Below, piece after piece: positions 1 to 9,263 of a DNA stretch of 32,000 nt; the first letter of the stretch is position 1; each line of letters opens with the position of its first letter. The notes under the pieces were generated by a model. That model saw nothing but the letters and a program-made list of their open reading frames with translations, was not told the origin of the DNA and did no database searches. Origin of the DNA: Delftia acidovorans NBRC 14950 (GTDB lineage: Bacteria > Pseudomonadota > Gammaproteobacteria > Burkholderiales > Burkholderiaceae_C); assembly GCF_001598795.1 (NCBI RefSeq), contig NZ_BCZP01000003.1:300001-332000 (forward strand). Direction: 5' to 3'. Position numbers and translations under genes: made by a program.

Positions 1-33
1 CGGTGCCACGCCCTTGTCCTTGTCCTTGCCCGC

Positions 34-957
34 TCATGCGCTTCCTGCCTGGCGCAGCGGTGCGTGCCCAGCGTCCTTGCCAGCGGCCTCCTGCGCCTGG
101 CGCGCCTCGCGCAGCAGCAGGGCACGCTTGCGCTCCACGCCCCAACGGTAGCCGGAGATGCTGCCGTCGTTGCGCACCACACGGTGGCAGGGCACGGCCA
201 CGGCAATCGGGTTGGCAGCGACGGCGCTGGCCACGGCGCGGGCGCCCGTGGGCATGCCCAGGCGCAGGGCCAGTTCCGAATAGCTCAGGGTCTGGCCGGC
301 CGGAATGGCGCACAGCGCCTGCCACACGCGCTGCTGGAAGACCGTGCCCTGCACGTCCAGCGGCAGCGCCAGGCCGCGGCGCGGCTGCTCGACCAGGGCC
401 ACGACCTGGGCCACGGTGTGCTCGAAGCCCGCATCGCCGCCCACCAGCTCGGCCAGCGGAAAGCGCTGCTGCAGGTCCTGCACCAGGGCCTCGGCGTCGT
501 CGCCCAGCAGCACGCAGCACACGCCGCGCTCGGTGCTGGCCACGAGGATGCTGCCCAGCGTGCATTCGGCCACGGCAAAGCGGATGGTCTGGCGCATGCC
601 GCCGCGCCGGTAGTCGCCGGGCGCCATGCCCAGCATGGCGCCTGCGTCGCGGTAGAAACTGCTGCTGGCCGCATAGCCGCTGGAGTAGGCCGCATCGGTG
701 ACCGAGTCGCTCTGGCCCGGCTGCAGCGCCGCGCGCAAGGCATGCGCGCGATGGGCCTTGGCATAGGCCTTGGGCGTGAGGCCCGTGGCCTGCTTGAACA
801 ATCGGTGCAGTTGCCAGGGGCTCAGGCCCGAGCGTTCGGCCAGCTGGCCCAGGGCGGGTGGGGGCTCCTCGGTCTCCAGCCAGCGGCAGCATCGGGCCAC
901 CAGGGCCGTGGGGTTGGCAGTGGCATCGCTGGCTTGATTCATGGCTTGGTTGGACAC
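34..957 (-). CDS. AraC-type HTH domain fused to methylated-DNA-protein-cysteine (O6-alkylguanine) methyltransferase; Ada-like but without the N-terminal Zn methylphosphotriester domain
   Basis: 307-aa ORF. The N-terminal half has an AraC HTH signature ([26 protein letters not shown] ... [20 protein letters not shown]). The C-terminal half has MGMT motifs ([18 protein letters not shown], active site PCHRVV). The track start at 957 is GTG; the first ATG is at 942. Confidence 0.85.
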   Translation of the reverse strand: MSNQAMNQASDATANPTALVARCCRWLETEEPPPALGQLAERSGLSPWQLHRLFKQATGLTPKAYAKAHRAHALRAALQPGQSDSVTDAAYSSGYAASSSFYRDAGAMLGMAPGDYRRGGMRQTIRFAVAECTLGSILVASTERGVCCVLLGDDAEALVQDLQQRFPLAELVGGDAGFEHTVAQVVALVEQPRRGLALPLDVQGTVFQQRVWQALCAIPAGQTLSYSELALRLGMPTGARAVASAVAANPIAVAVPCHRVVRNDGSISGYRWGVERKRALLLREARQAQEAAGKDAGHAPLRQAGSA

Positions 958-1105
958 GGCATGTCTTTCTGGGTCATCGGATGCCCTACTCTACGCAGCC
1001 CGGAGCACCCGCGCATCCCGCTTCTTGCAACCCGCAGGATTTCAGCGCGGGATTCGGTTACGCTGCGCCCTGCATTTTCCGCGTCGAGACTTGCGAGACT
1101 CCCAC

Positions 1106-1981
1106 ATGACCACCGAACACTCCGGCTGCCCCATGAACAGCCCCGGCCGCACCGAATCCATCGTCAAAGAGGAGCGCGCCCAGTTGGACTTCAGCCAGTC
1201 CATGAGCTATGGCGACTACCTGCACCTGGACCAGATCCTCACGGCACAGCATCCGCTGTCGCCCGCGCATGACGAGATGCTGTTCATCATCCAGCACCAG
1301 ACCAGCGAGCTGTGGATGAAGCTGATGCTGCATGAGGTCCGAGCCGCCACGGCCGCCATCGCAGGCGGCACGCGTGCCGATGCCTTCAAGATGCTGGCCC
1401 GCGTGAGCCGCATCATGGAGCAACTGGTCAGCGCCTGGACCGTGCTGTCCACCATGACCCCGCCCGAGTACACGGCCATGCGTCCCTACCTGGCCAACTC
1501 CAGCGGCTTCCAAAGCTACCAGTACCGCTGCATCGAGTTCTCCCTGGGCAACAAGAACGCCGCCATGCTCCAGCCCCATGCCCACCGGCCCGACCTGCTG
1601 GCCCAGGTGGAGGCGGCATGGCGCTCGCCCTCGCTCTACGACGTATCCCTGCAGCTGCTGGCGCGCGAGGGCATCGACGTGCCCGCCGACCGGCTGGAGC
1701 GCGACTGGACCCAGCCCTACGAGGCCAGCGAGGGCGTCAAGCAGGCCTGGATCACCGTCTACCGCGATCCCCACAAGCACTGGGACCTGTATCAGCTTGG
1801 CGAAAAGCTGGCCGACATCGAGGACGCCTTCCGCCTGTGGCGCTTCCGCCACCTGACCACGGTGGAGCGCGTCATCGGCTTCAAGCGCGGCACAGGCGGC
1901 ACCGGTGGTGTCAGCTACCTGCGCAAGATGCTGGACGTGGTGCTGTTCCCCGAAATCTGGGCGCTGCGCACCGAGCTGTAA
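1106..1981 (+). CDS. kynA: tryptophan 2,3-dioxygenase
   Basis: Frame of track ORF 941..1981, trimmed to the ATG at 1106. Hallmarks are [35 protein letters not shown], and C-terminal [30 protein letters not shown]. Confidence 0.9.
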   Translation: MTTEHSGCPMNSPGRTESIVKEERAQLDFSQSMSYGDYLHLDQILTAQHPLSPAHDEMLFIIQHQTSELWMKLMLHEVRAATAAIAGGTRADAFKMLARVSRIMEQLVSAWTVLSTMTPPEYTAMRPYLANSSGFQSYQYRCIEFSLGNKNAAMLQPHAHRPDLLAQVEAAWRSPSLYDVSLQLLAREGIDVPADRLERDWTQPYEASEGVKQAWITVYRDPHKHWDLYQLGEKLADIEDAFRLWRFRHLTTVERVIGFKRGTGGTGGVSYLRKMLDVVLFPEIWALRTEL

Positions 1982-2072
1982 GAACTGGCGGGCGCCACCG
2001 ACGGCAGACCGCTGCGGTGGCGACAGCGCGCAGGCGCGCAAACGGGTAAGCTGCGGCGCCAGGAGAAATACC

Positions 2073-3374
2073 GTGTCCGCAGCGCCACAACAGCCCCCAC
2101 ACAACAACACACACACAGAGGCTTCGCAGACCTCCCCCGCAGCACCGCCGCCGCGCAGCCAGCTGCTGTGGGCCATGCTGCTGTCCCTGCTCTCGGCCTT
2201 TGCGCTGAGCCAGGCCTTTCGCACCACCACCTCGGTCATGGCCACGGGTCTTCAGCAGGATTTCGGGCTCACGGCCCAGTCGCTGGGCGCCTTCGCCGGC
2301 CTGTTCGGCCTGTCCTTCGGCGTGGCCCAGCTGCTGATGGGCATCGGCATGGATCTCTACGGCCTGCGGCGCACGGTGCTGCTGTCGTTTCCGCTGGCGA
2401 TTGCGGGATCGGCACTGTCCGCCGCCGCACCCAATTACGGCTGGCTGATGGTGGGCCAGTTGCTGATCGGCGTGGGCTGCTCGCCCGCCTTTCTGGCCTG
2501 CACCATGTTCATCTCGCGCCACTTTCCCATGGACCGCTTTGCCTTTCTGTCGGGCGTGGGCATGGGTGTCGGTGGACTGGGGCTGCTGTTCACAGGCACG
2601 CCACTGGCCTGGCTGGTCCAGCATTTCGGCTGGCGCTCGGGCTTTGCGCTGCTGGCCGTGATGTCGGCCCTGTCGTGGCTGCTGATCTGGTGGCGCGTGC
2701 ACGAGCCCGCCCGCAGTGGAGCACAGACCGCCGCACGGGAAAGCTGGGGCATGGCGGCACGCCGCATGGCCGAGCTGTTCACGCTGCCGCACACGCTGGG
2801 TATCGTCCTGCTGGCTATGGCCTGCTATGCAGCGTTTCTGGCGCTGCGCGGCCTGTGGCTGGGGCCGCTGCTCATCCATCGCTATGGCTTTTCGCTGGTG
2901 GAAAGCGGCAATGTAGCGCTGGTCGTATCGATGATCTCGCTGTTCAGCCCCGCGATTTTCGGGCGCATGGATCCCGGCCCAGGACGGCGCCGGCGCTGGC
3001 TCACCAATTACTCGCTGCTCATGGGCAGCCTGTTCATGCTCATGGCCTTTTTGCACCATGGCTGGACCAATGTGGCGCTGATCTTCGCCATGGGCCTGCT
3101 GTCGGGCTATTCGGTGCTGCAGTACGCCGACGTGCGCGCTTCCTACCCCCCCGAGATGACCGGCCGCGCGCTGTCGCTGTTCACCATGGCCATGTTCCTG
3201 GGCGTGGCCCTGGTGCAATGGTTCACGGGCTGGGTGGCGGCCTGGGCCGAAGCCTGGGGCGTGGAGCCCTACAAGGCGGTGATGATCTCGATTGCAGCCA
3301 CGCTGGTGGGCGCGTCAACCGCGTTCCGTTTCCTGCCCTCCTCGCCGCTGCTGCGCCAGGCCCCGGCCGCCTAG
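2073..3374 (+). CDS. MFS transporter, substrate unknown
   Basis: Frame of track ORF 1905..3374. GTG 2073 lies 6 nt after AGGAGA (2061-2066); an alternative ATG is at 2175. MFS motif A-like GIGMDLYGLRRT is present, with roughly 12 hydrophobic segments. It starts 91 nt after the kynA stop on the same strand. Confidence 0.8.
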   Translation: MSAAPQQPPHNNTHTEASQTSPAAPPPRSQLLWAMLLSLLSAFALSQAFRTTTSVMATGLQQDFGLTAQSLGAFAGLFGLSFGVAQLLMGIGMDLYGLRRTVLLSFPLAIAGSALSAAAPNYGWLMVGQLLIGVGCSPAFLACTMFISRHFPMDRFAFLSGVGMGVGGLGLLFTGTPLAWLVQHFGWRSGFALLAVMSALSWLLIWWRVHEPARSGAQTAARESWGMAARRMAELFTLPHTLGIVLLAMACYAAFLALRGLWLGPLLIHRYGFSLVESGNVALVVSMISLFSPAIFGRMDPGPGRRRRWLTNYSLLMGSLFMLMAFLHHGWTNVALIFAMGLLSGYSVLQYADVRASYPPEMTGRALSLFTMAMFLGVALVQWFTGWVAAWAEAWGVEPYKAVMISIAATLVGASTAFRFLPSSPLLRQAPAA

Positions 3375-3381
3375 CGGCCGG
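3363..3381. other. GC hairpin between the convergent MFS and monooxygenase genes
   Basis: CCGGCCGC-cta-GCGGCCGG: an 8-bp perfect stem that encloses the MFS TAG stop (3372-3374). No U-tract. Confidence 0.5.
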
Positions 3382-3392
3382 AGTCTGTGCCT

Positions 3393-4601
3393 CTACAAGG
3401 CGTTGGCGGCCGAGCCATCGCCACGGTACAGCCAGGGCAGATCCATCAACCTGGAGCCCAGCAGGCGCAGCGACAGGTCACGCCCCCAGCGCACGGGACC
3501 CGTGGCATGGAAGATGCGGCCATTGCGCTGCGAGCGTGCCTGCACGCGCGCATTGCGCTGCCAGCGGTTGAGCGCGTAGCGGCGCAGGCGCATGTTGACG
3601 TCCAGGTCGTGCATGGACAGGGCGCGCTGCAGCTCCGCTGCATCTTCAATCGCCATGCCGGCGCCCTGGGCCAGATAGGGGCGCATGGGATGGGCCGCAT
3701 CGCCCAGCAAGGCCACCACGCCGCGCGCCATCTGCGCGGCCGATTGCACGGGCGGGCGATCCCCCACCGGCCACAGCCGCCAGTCGCCACCGGCTGCAGG
3801 CACGTGCTGGACCAGGTCCAGCAGCTGGGGGCAACTGCCCTGCAGCACCCGCACCAGATCGTCGAGATTGCCAGCATGGTCCCAGTTCGCCAGATCCTCG
3901 GGCGCCGGGCCCTGGATGATGATCACCAGGTTCTGCAGCTCGCCCCGGCGCACGGGGTACTGGATGGCATGCATGCGCGAGCCCAGCCAGGCCGTGACAT
4001 CGGTGGCCCGCAGGCGCTTGGGCAACTGGGCCTGGTGCACCAGGGCGCGGTAGGCCAGGTGCCCGGTGACACGCGGCGGGCCGTCGCCCAGCAACTGCTG
4101 GCGCAGAACGCTGCGCACGCCATCGGCGGCGACCAGGGCATCTCCTTCGATCAGCTTGCCGGCCCGGGTTCGCACGGTGACCACGCCGTCGGTCTCGGAA
4201 AAGCTCTCGATGGGCTGGCCCAGGTTCAGGTGCATGCCCGGATAAGTCTGAGCGGCTTCCCGCAGCAATTGCTGCAGATCGGCCCGGTGGATGGTGGCGT
4301 AGGCCGCGCCATAGCGTTGCACGGACTCGCTGCCCAAGGGCATATGCGCCAATTCCTGCCCGGTGACTGCGCTGCGCACGCGCAGGCTGCCCGGCAATGC
4401 CACCACCTGCTGCAGCGGTTTTTGCAGGCCCCAGGCCTGAAGCCGCCGCACGACATTCGGACCGATCTGGATTCCAGCGCCCACTTCACTGAGCGCGGGC
4501 GCCTGCTCGAAAAGACGCACTTCCCAACCCGCCCGCGACGCACCGATGGCGGCGGCCAGGCCACCAATGCCGCCGCCGGCAATCAACACCTGCTTGTTCA
4601 T
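3393..4601 (-). CDS. FAD-dependent aromatic monooxygenase (salicylate / 3-hydroxybenzoate 6-hydroxylase-like family)
   Basis: 402 aa. N-terminal dinucleotide fold VLIAGGGIGGLAAAIGASRAGWEVRLFEQ. Family motif LGDAAHPMRPYLAQGAGMAIEDAAEL. This does not look like the kynurenine 3-monooxygenase signature. Confidence 0.8.
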   Translation of the reverse strand: MNKQVLIAGGGIGGLAAAIGASRAGWEVRLFEQAPALSEVGAGIQIGPNVVRRLQAWGLQKPLQQVVALPGSLRVRSAVTGQELAHMPLGSESVQRYGAAYATIHRADLQQLLREAAQTYPGMHLNLGQPIESFSETDGVVTVRTRAGKLIEGDALVAADGVRSVLRQQLLGDGPPRVTGHLAYRALVHQAQLPKRLRATDVTAWLGSRMHAIQYPVRRGELQNLVIIIQGPAPEDLANWDHAGNLDDLVRVLQGSCPQLLDLVQHVPAAGGDWRLWPVGDRPPVQSAAQMARGVVALLGDAAHPMRPYLAQGAGMAIEDAAELQRALSMHDLDVNMRLRRYALNRWQRNARVQARSQRNGRIFHATGPVRWGRDLSLRLLGSRLMDLPWLYRGDGSAANAL

Positions 4602-4933
4602 GTGCGTATTGTGCCCCTGCCGCCACCCATGGCGACCGGGGCCTGATTATTCAAGTCGGACACCGCTGAAGAAAATCAAAGAATGCTCGGAATCTTCTGA
4701 AACATGCGCGCATCCCCCAGGCATTGAGGCGCATCAAGATCCCAAAAGCGGGCATCCCGCCACGCACCAGACTGCCATAAAGGACATCGCCCCACCATCA
4801 CCTGTGCGGCGCGGCCAAAAATCGGCCTTTGCATCGCCGCTCTGGAAATGTCCATACACGGATCCACACTTTACGCCGCGGATGATAGAGATTCTCAACT
4901 GAGACAATCTTTTGACAAATGGCCGTGACAATG

Positions 4934-4956
4934 AAAAAAGCCCGCACTGGGCGGGC
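4934..4956 (-). terminator. intrinsic terminator of the H-NS-like gene
   Basis: Minus strand reads GCCCGC-ccagt-GCGGGC followed by TTTTTT. It lies 23 nt after the stop. Confidence 0.8.
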
Positions 4957-4978
4957 TCTTTCATGCGCGACGGGAAAA

Positions 4979-5269
4979 TCAGATGACAAACTTCTCACGG
5001 TCCTGATTCTGAATCCACTTTGGCGGCTTGCCGCGTCCGGTCCAGGTTTGGCCGGTTGCGGGATCGCGGTACTTGGGAGCCACTTTGGCGCCGGTTGTGC
5101 CAGCGGTACGACCACGAGCTGCAGGAAACACGTCATCGGCAGTCAGACCATATTCGGCAATCAAGTTGCGAACCTGTCCCACGGCGTCGGCAAGCTCGCG
5201 CTTGCGTGCTTCCTGGATCTGTTGCTCCAGTTCCTGTCGCTGCTTCAGCAGTTCCTTGTAAGAGCTCAT
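4979..5269 (-). CDS. H-NS-like nucleoid-associated DNA-binding protein
   Basis: 96 aa. N-terminal coiled-coil (KELLKQRQELEQQIQEARKRE) and C-terminal DNA-binding core KYRDPATGQTWTGRGKPPKW. A/T-rich flanks, an upstream TATAAT and a downstream intrinsic terminator. Confidence 0.85.
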   Translation of the reverse strand: MSSYKELLKQRQELEQQIQEARKRELADAVGQVRNLIAEYGLTADDVFPAARGRTAGTTGAKVAPKYRDPATGQTWTGRGKPPKWIQNQDREKFVI

Positions 5270-5302
5270 GGTATGCGCCTTGAAAGTAGTTTAAGAGCTT
5301 TC

Positions 5303-5308
5303 ATTATA
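5303..5308 (-). promoter_or_regulatory. candidate -10 box (TATAAT) for the H-NS-like gene
   Basis: Perfect TATAAT on the minus strand, 34 nt upstream of the ATG, in an A/T-rich stretch. A possible -35 TTGCGC sits at a long (19-nt) spacing. Confidence 0.4.
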
Positions 5309-5369
5309 AAAACATAATCAGCCCATGGCGCAACACGCATGTAAGCAAAACCCACAATATCGCTGCTGC

Positions 5370-6683
5370 CTATTGCGAAGAGTAGTTCTCGGATAAATCC
5401 GATATGGCCAGCACCTTGTCAATGCGTTTGCCATCGAGATCGATGACCTCGAAGATCCAGCCCGCACAGCTGACCCGTTCCCCCAGAATGGGCAAATGAC
5501 CGCTTTCTGCCATGAGAAGGCCCGCCACGGTGTTGTATCGGCCGCGGTGTTCATCGGGAAGATCACGAATATCGAGGCGCGCCTTCAGCTCCGATATGGG
5601 CATCAGACCGTCCAATAGCCAGGAGCCATCCTCGCGCTGCATGGCCCAGGCTTCTGCCTCGGTCACAGGCTGTAACTCGCCGGTAATCGCCTCGAGCAAA
5701 TCCCGGGGCGTCATGATGCCCTGCACCACGCCATATTCATCCACCACAAACACCATGCGCCCGGATCGGGCACGCAATTGCTCCAGCAGCTCCATGGCGC
5801 TGAGCGTCTCGGGCAGGAAAGAAGCCGGCAGCACATGTTCGTACAGCGTGGTGCCGGCGGCATCCGAGCCCAATGCCAGCAGGCGCGCCACGCTGATGAT
5901 GCCGACCACGTCATCCAGCGAATTGCGGCACACCGGGTACCAGGAATGCCCGCCCTTCGAGTGGTCGTCGGCCGAGGCCTGCAATGCCTCGGTGACGGTC
6001 ATGTCGGCATCCAGCCATTGCACGTCGCCGCGCGGGACCATGATCGACGTCAGTGAGCGGTCATCGAGGTGAAAGACGTTTTGCACCATCTGGTGCTCGT
6101 TGGCCTCGATCACGCCGGCATCCCGCCCTTCGGCGAGGCTTGCCACGATTTCCTCTTCGGTCACGGCGCGCGCTGCGGATTCATTGATGCGCAGCAGAGT
6201 CAGCATGGCGCGCGTGGAAAAGGCCAGCAGCCGCACAAAGGGCTTTGCAGCCGACGCCACCCAGGTCATGGGCCGGGAAACCACCGTGGCCACGGTTTCG
6301 GGATAAAGCTGGCCTATGCGCTTTGGCACCAGCTCGCCGAAGACGATGGTGACGAAGGTGATCACGGTCACGACGAGCGCCGTGGCAGAAATGCTGGCCG
6401 CGCGTTCCGGAATTCCCAGGCCCAGCAGCCATGCGGCCAGCCCGTCACTGAAGGCCGCCTCGCCCAAAATGCCGTTGAGCAGGCCGATGGAGGTGATGCC
6501 CACCTGCACCGAAGAAAGAAATTGCGTGGGGTTTTCGAGCAAGGCCAGTGCTGCCACCGCACCCTTGTCGCCTGTTTCAGCCAGTGCCACCAACCGAGCC
6601 TTGCGGCTGGAGGCCAGTGCCAATTCGGACATTGCAAACACCCCATTGAGCAGCGTAAGCAACGCGATCAGCAGAAAATCCAT
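5370..6683 (-). CDS. HlyC/CorC family transporter (DUF21 membrane domain, CBS pair, CorC_HlyC C-terminal domain)
   Basis: Track ORF 5370..7136 trimmed to the ATG at 6683 (MDFLLIALLTLLNGVFAMSELALASSRKARL, the typical DUF21 N-terminus). CBS region (VVGIISVARLL, VDEYGVVQGIMTPRDLLEAITGE). C-terminal GRYNTVAGLLM...FEVIDLDGKRIDKVL. Confidence 0.85.
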   Translation of the reverse strand: MDFLLIALLTLLNGVFAMSELALASSRKARLVALAETGDKGAVAALALLENPTQFLSSVQVGITSIGLLNGILGEAAFSDGLAAWLLGLGIPERAASISATALVVTVITFVTIVFGELVPKRIGQLYPETVATVVSRPMTWVASAAKPFVRLLAFSTRAMLTLLRINESAARAVTEEEIVASLAEGRDAGVIEANEHQMVQNVFHLDDRSLTSIMVPRGDVQWLDADMTVTEALQASADDHSKGGHSWYPVCRNSLDDVVGIISVARLLALGSDAAGTTLYEHVLPASFLPETLSAMELLEQLRARSGRMVFVVDEYGVVQGIMTPRDLLEAITGELQPVTEAEAWAMQREDGSWLLDGLMPISELKARLDIRDLPDEHRGRYNTVAGLLMAESGHLPILGERVSCAGWIFEVIDLDGKRIDKVLAISDLSENYSSQ

Positions 6684-6707
6684 GGTTCGTATATCAGAAA
6701 GAAGACC

Positions 6708-7553
6708 ATGGCACTTTACTGTATCGGCGATATCCAGGGATGCCACGACGCCTTTGAGCGCCTGCTGCACCGCGTGGACTTCTCCGCCAGCCGCGATACC
6801 TTGTACATCCTGGGTGACCTTGTGAACCGCGGTCCGGAATCGGACAAGGTGCTGCGCACCTGCATGGCCGCCGGCGACTCCATGCGCGCCCTGCTGGGCA
6901 ACCATGACCTGCACCTGCTGGCCGCCGCCCAGGGCGTGCGACGCAGCAGCCGGCGCGACACGCTGGCCCGGGTGCTGGATGCGCCCGACCGCGATCAGCT
7001 GCTGGACTGGCTGCGCCACCAGCCGCTGGCGCGCAGCCACCGCATGGCGCATGGCGAGGAACTGCTGATGGTCCATGCAGGCGTGCTGCCGCAGTGGAGC
7101 AGCCAGGACGTGATGGCGCTGGCGGGCGAGGTGCATTCGGTACTGCGCAGCAAGCAGTTGCCCGATTTTTTGCAGGCCATGTACGGCAACCAGCCCGATC
7201 GCTGGTCACCCGACCTGCAGGGCTGGGAGCGCCTGCGGGTCATCGTCAACGCCTTGACCCGGCTGCGCTTTTGCAGCGCCCAGGGTGTCATGGATTTCGA
7301 CAGCACCGAGTCGGCCGAGCAGGCGGCGCCCGGCCTCATGCCCTGGTTCGATGTGCCGGGCCGCGCCACGGCGAGCGCAACGATTGCGTTTGGCCACTGG
7401 TCCACGCTGGGCCACATCAACCGGCCCGACCTGGTGGCGCTGGACACCGGCTGCGTCTGGGGCGGCTGCCTGAGCATGATGCGTTTCGGCGATCACCTCG
7501 CAGACCGGGAACTGATCCAGGTGGACTGCCCGCAGGCGCAGGCCCCGGGCTGA
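6708..7553 (+). CDS. apaH: bis(5'-nucleosyl)-tetraphosphatase, symmetrical
   Basis: Track ORF 6069..7553 trimmed to the ATG at 6708 (MALYCIGDIQGCHDAFERLL). Metallophosphoesterase motifs GDIQG, GDLVNRGPES and GNHDLHLL. Confidence 0.9.
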   Translation: MALYCIGDIQGCHDAFERLLHRVDFSASRDTLYILGDLVNRGPESDKVLRTCMAAGDSMRALLGNHDLHLLAAAQGVRRSSRRDTLARVLDAPDRDQLLDWLRHQPLARSHRMAHGEELLMVHAGVLPQWSSQDVMALAGEVHSVLRSKQLPDFLQAMYGNQPDRWSPDLQGWERLRVIVNALTRLRFCSAQGVMDFDSTESAEQAAPGLMPWFDVPGRATASATIAFGHWSTLGHINRPDLVALDTGCVWGGCLSMMRFGDHLADRELIQVDCPQAQAPG

Positions 7554-7584
7554 CCTGAACGACTCCGATGGGCGAGCACCCATG

Positions 7585-7612
7585 AAAAAACGCCTGCAAG
7601 GCAGGCGTTTTT
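7585..7612. terminator. bidirectional intrinsic terminator shared by convergent apaH and rhlE
   Basis: AAAAAA-CGCCTGC-aag-GCAGGCG-TTTTT: a perfect 7-bp stem with an A-run and a T-run on either side. Confidence 0.85.
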
Positions 7613-7638
7613 CGTGAGGCAGGCGGCTTGCGCGGCGC

Positions 7639-9153
7639 TCAGACCTCGGAAGTGGCGACGGGTGCCACAGGCGGGACCGGCGCGACGGGCGCAACAGGCG
7701 CCTTGAACAGCGCGGCCAGCTTGCGCTTGGGCTTGATGCCGCTGCCTGCCTTGGGCGCGGCAGCACCCTGGCTGTCCCAGCTCGCATCGACGCTGGCGGT
7801 CGCCTCGTAGGGCTTGTCGAAGAACGGGTCCGAGTGCGCCGGGCGCTGGGCCATGCGCGAGCCGCGATGGCCAAAACCTGCACTGCCCCGCGACGCATCA
7901 CCGCCGCGATCGCCACGCTCGGCGCCGCGCTCCCGTTCACGACCGTAGCCGCCGCTGCTTTGGCGCGGCAGCTCGTCAAAACGGTGACCACGCGGTGCGC
8001 TGCCACGGAAATCTTCCATGGGGCAGGCCTCGACGTTGATCTTCTTCTTGATGAGCTTCTCGATCTCGCCCACCAGGCGCGCATCGTGGTTGGTCACCAG
8101 GGTCACAGCAACGCCGGAGGCGCCTGCGCGGCCCGTGCGGCCGATGCGGTGCACATAGTCTTCGGCGTTGAAGGGCACGTCGTAGTTGAAGACGGCCGGC
8201 ACGTCCTTGATGTCCAGGCCACGGGCCGCGACATCGGTACACACCAGCAGATCCACCTCGCCGCGCTTGAAGGCTTCAAGCGCCTTCAGGCGCTCGTCCT
8301 GGCTCTTGTCGCCGTGCAGCGCCGTTGCGCGCAGGCCATCACGCTCCAGGGCACGCGTCAGGCGCGCACAGCCCAGCTTGCTGTTGGAGAAGACGAAGGC
8401 CTGGCGGATGTCGCGCTGCTTGAGCAGGGAGCGCAGCGCATAGCGCTTGTCGTCGTCGCTGACGCTGTAGAAGCGCTGCTCCACCGTGGACGCCGTCTCG
8501 TTGGGGCGGGCCACTTCGATGGTGACGGGGTCCTGCAGGTAGCTGCCGGCCAGGCGCTTGATCTCGGGCGAGAAGGTGGCGCTGAACAGCAAGGTGGTGC
8601 GCGTCTTGGGCAGGTGGGACAGGATGCGCTGCAGATCGGGCAAAAAGCCGATGTCCAGCATGCGGTCCGCCTCGTCCAGCACCACGTACTCGACCTGGTT
8701 GAGCACGGCGTTCTTGGCTTCGATGTGGTCAAGCAGACGGCCCGGCGTGGCCACCAGCACCTCGACGCCCTTCTTGAGCTCCAGCGTCTGCGGCTTCATG
8801 TCCATGCCGCCGAACACCACGGTGCTGCGCAGCTTGGTGTACTTCGCATACTGGGCGATCTGCTGGGCCACCTGGTCCGCCAGTTCGCGTGTGGGCAAAA
8901 GCACCAACGCCCGCACGGGGTGGCGTGCAGGCGAAGCGGAGGTATTTTCGTGGCGCATCAGCCGCTGCAGCAACGGCAGCGAGAACGCCGCCGTCTTGCC
9001 TGTGCCGGTCTGGGCGGCGCCCATGACATCCTTGCCGGTCAGAACGACCGGAATGGCTTGTGCCTGGATGGGCGTCATGGACTCGTAGCCCATGTCGGCT
9101 ACGGCGCGCGCCAGGGACTCAGCCAGCTGGAGATTGGAGAAAGAGCTTGTCAT
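7639..9153 (-). CDS. rhlE: ATP-dependent DEAD-box RNA helicase
   Basis: Track ORF trimmed to the ATG at 9153 (MTSSFSNLQL). Motifs AQTGTGKT, VLDEADRML, FSATF and HRIGRTGRAG. Arg/Gly-rich C-terminal tail ending in PVA repeats. Confidence 0.9.
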   Translation of the reverse strand: MTSSFSNLQLAESLARAVADMGYESMTPIQAQAIPVVLTGKDVMGAAQTGTGKTAAFSLPLLQRLMRHENTSASPARHPVRALVLLPTRELADQVAQQIAQYAKYTKLRSTVVFGGMDMKPQTLELKKGVEVLVATPGRLLDHIEAKNAVLNQVEYVVLDEADRMLDIGFLPDLQRILSHLPKTRTTLLFSATFSPEIKRLAGSYLQDPVTIEVARPNETASTVEQRFYSVSDDDKRYALRSLLKQRDIRQAFVFSNSKLGCARLTRALERDGLRATALHGDKSQDERLKALEAFKRGEVDLLVCTDVAARGLDIKDVPAVFNYDVPFNAEDYVHRIGRTGRAGASGVAVTLVTNHDARLVGEIEKLIKKKINVEACPMEDFRGSAPRGHRFDELPRQSSGGYGRERERGAERGDRGGDASRGSAGFGHRGSRMAQRPAHSDPFFDKPYEATASVDASWDSQGAAAPKAGSGIKPKRKLAALFKAPVAPVAPVPPVAPVATSEV

Positions 9154-9263
9154 TGAGAGCGCTATTGTCGCACCTAGCGCGATTTGTGCGTTGCAATAAC
9201 GCCAATTGGCACCTGGACAAGCATGGCGTTGTGTGAGCGCAACCCGCAAAAACCCGGTATGAG

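Noticed and set aside
4676-4964. Short ORFs in the H-NS downstream gap (4676..4867-, 4734..4964-, 4546..4902+)
   Set aside because: They have no RBS, poor third-position bias and Cys/Trp/Arg-rich translations. One runs through the terminator hairpin. I treat the region as non-coding.
5370-7136. In-frame N-terminal extensions in track ORFs: 5370..7136, 6069..7553, 7639..9249, 14682..16322, 16457..17092, 17098..18462, 20251..21408, 21300..22475, 22486..23805, 25115..26641, 26035..27189
   Set aside because: The extensions overlap the neighbouring gene or intergenic hairpins and have no family-like sequence. An internal ATG that matches the family N-terminus, often with a Shine-Dalgarno sequence, is present, so I trimmed the starts.
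7651-7700. Tandem approximately 9-nt repeat (GCGACGGGC/GCAACAGGC-like) near the apaH/rhlE junction
   Set aside because: It lies inside the rhlE 3' coding region and simply encodes the low-complexity APVAPVAPVPPVAPVA tail. It is not a non-coding repeat.
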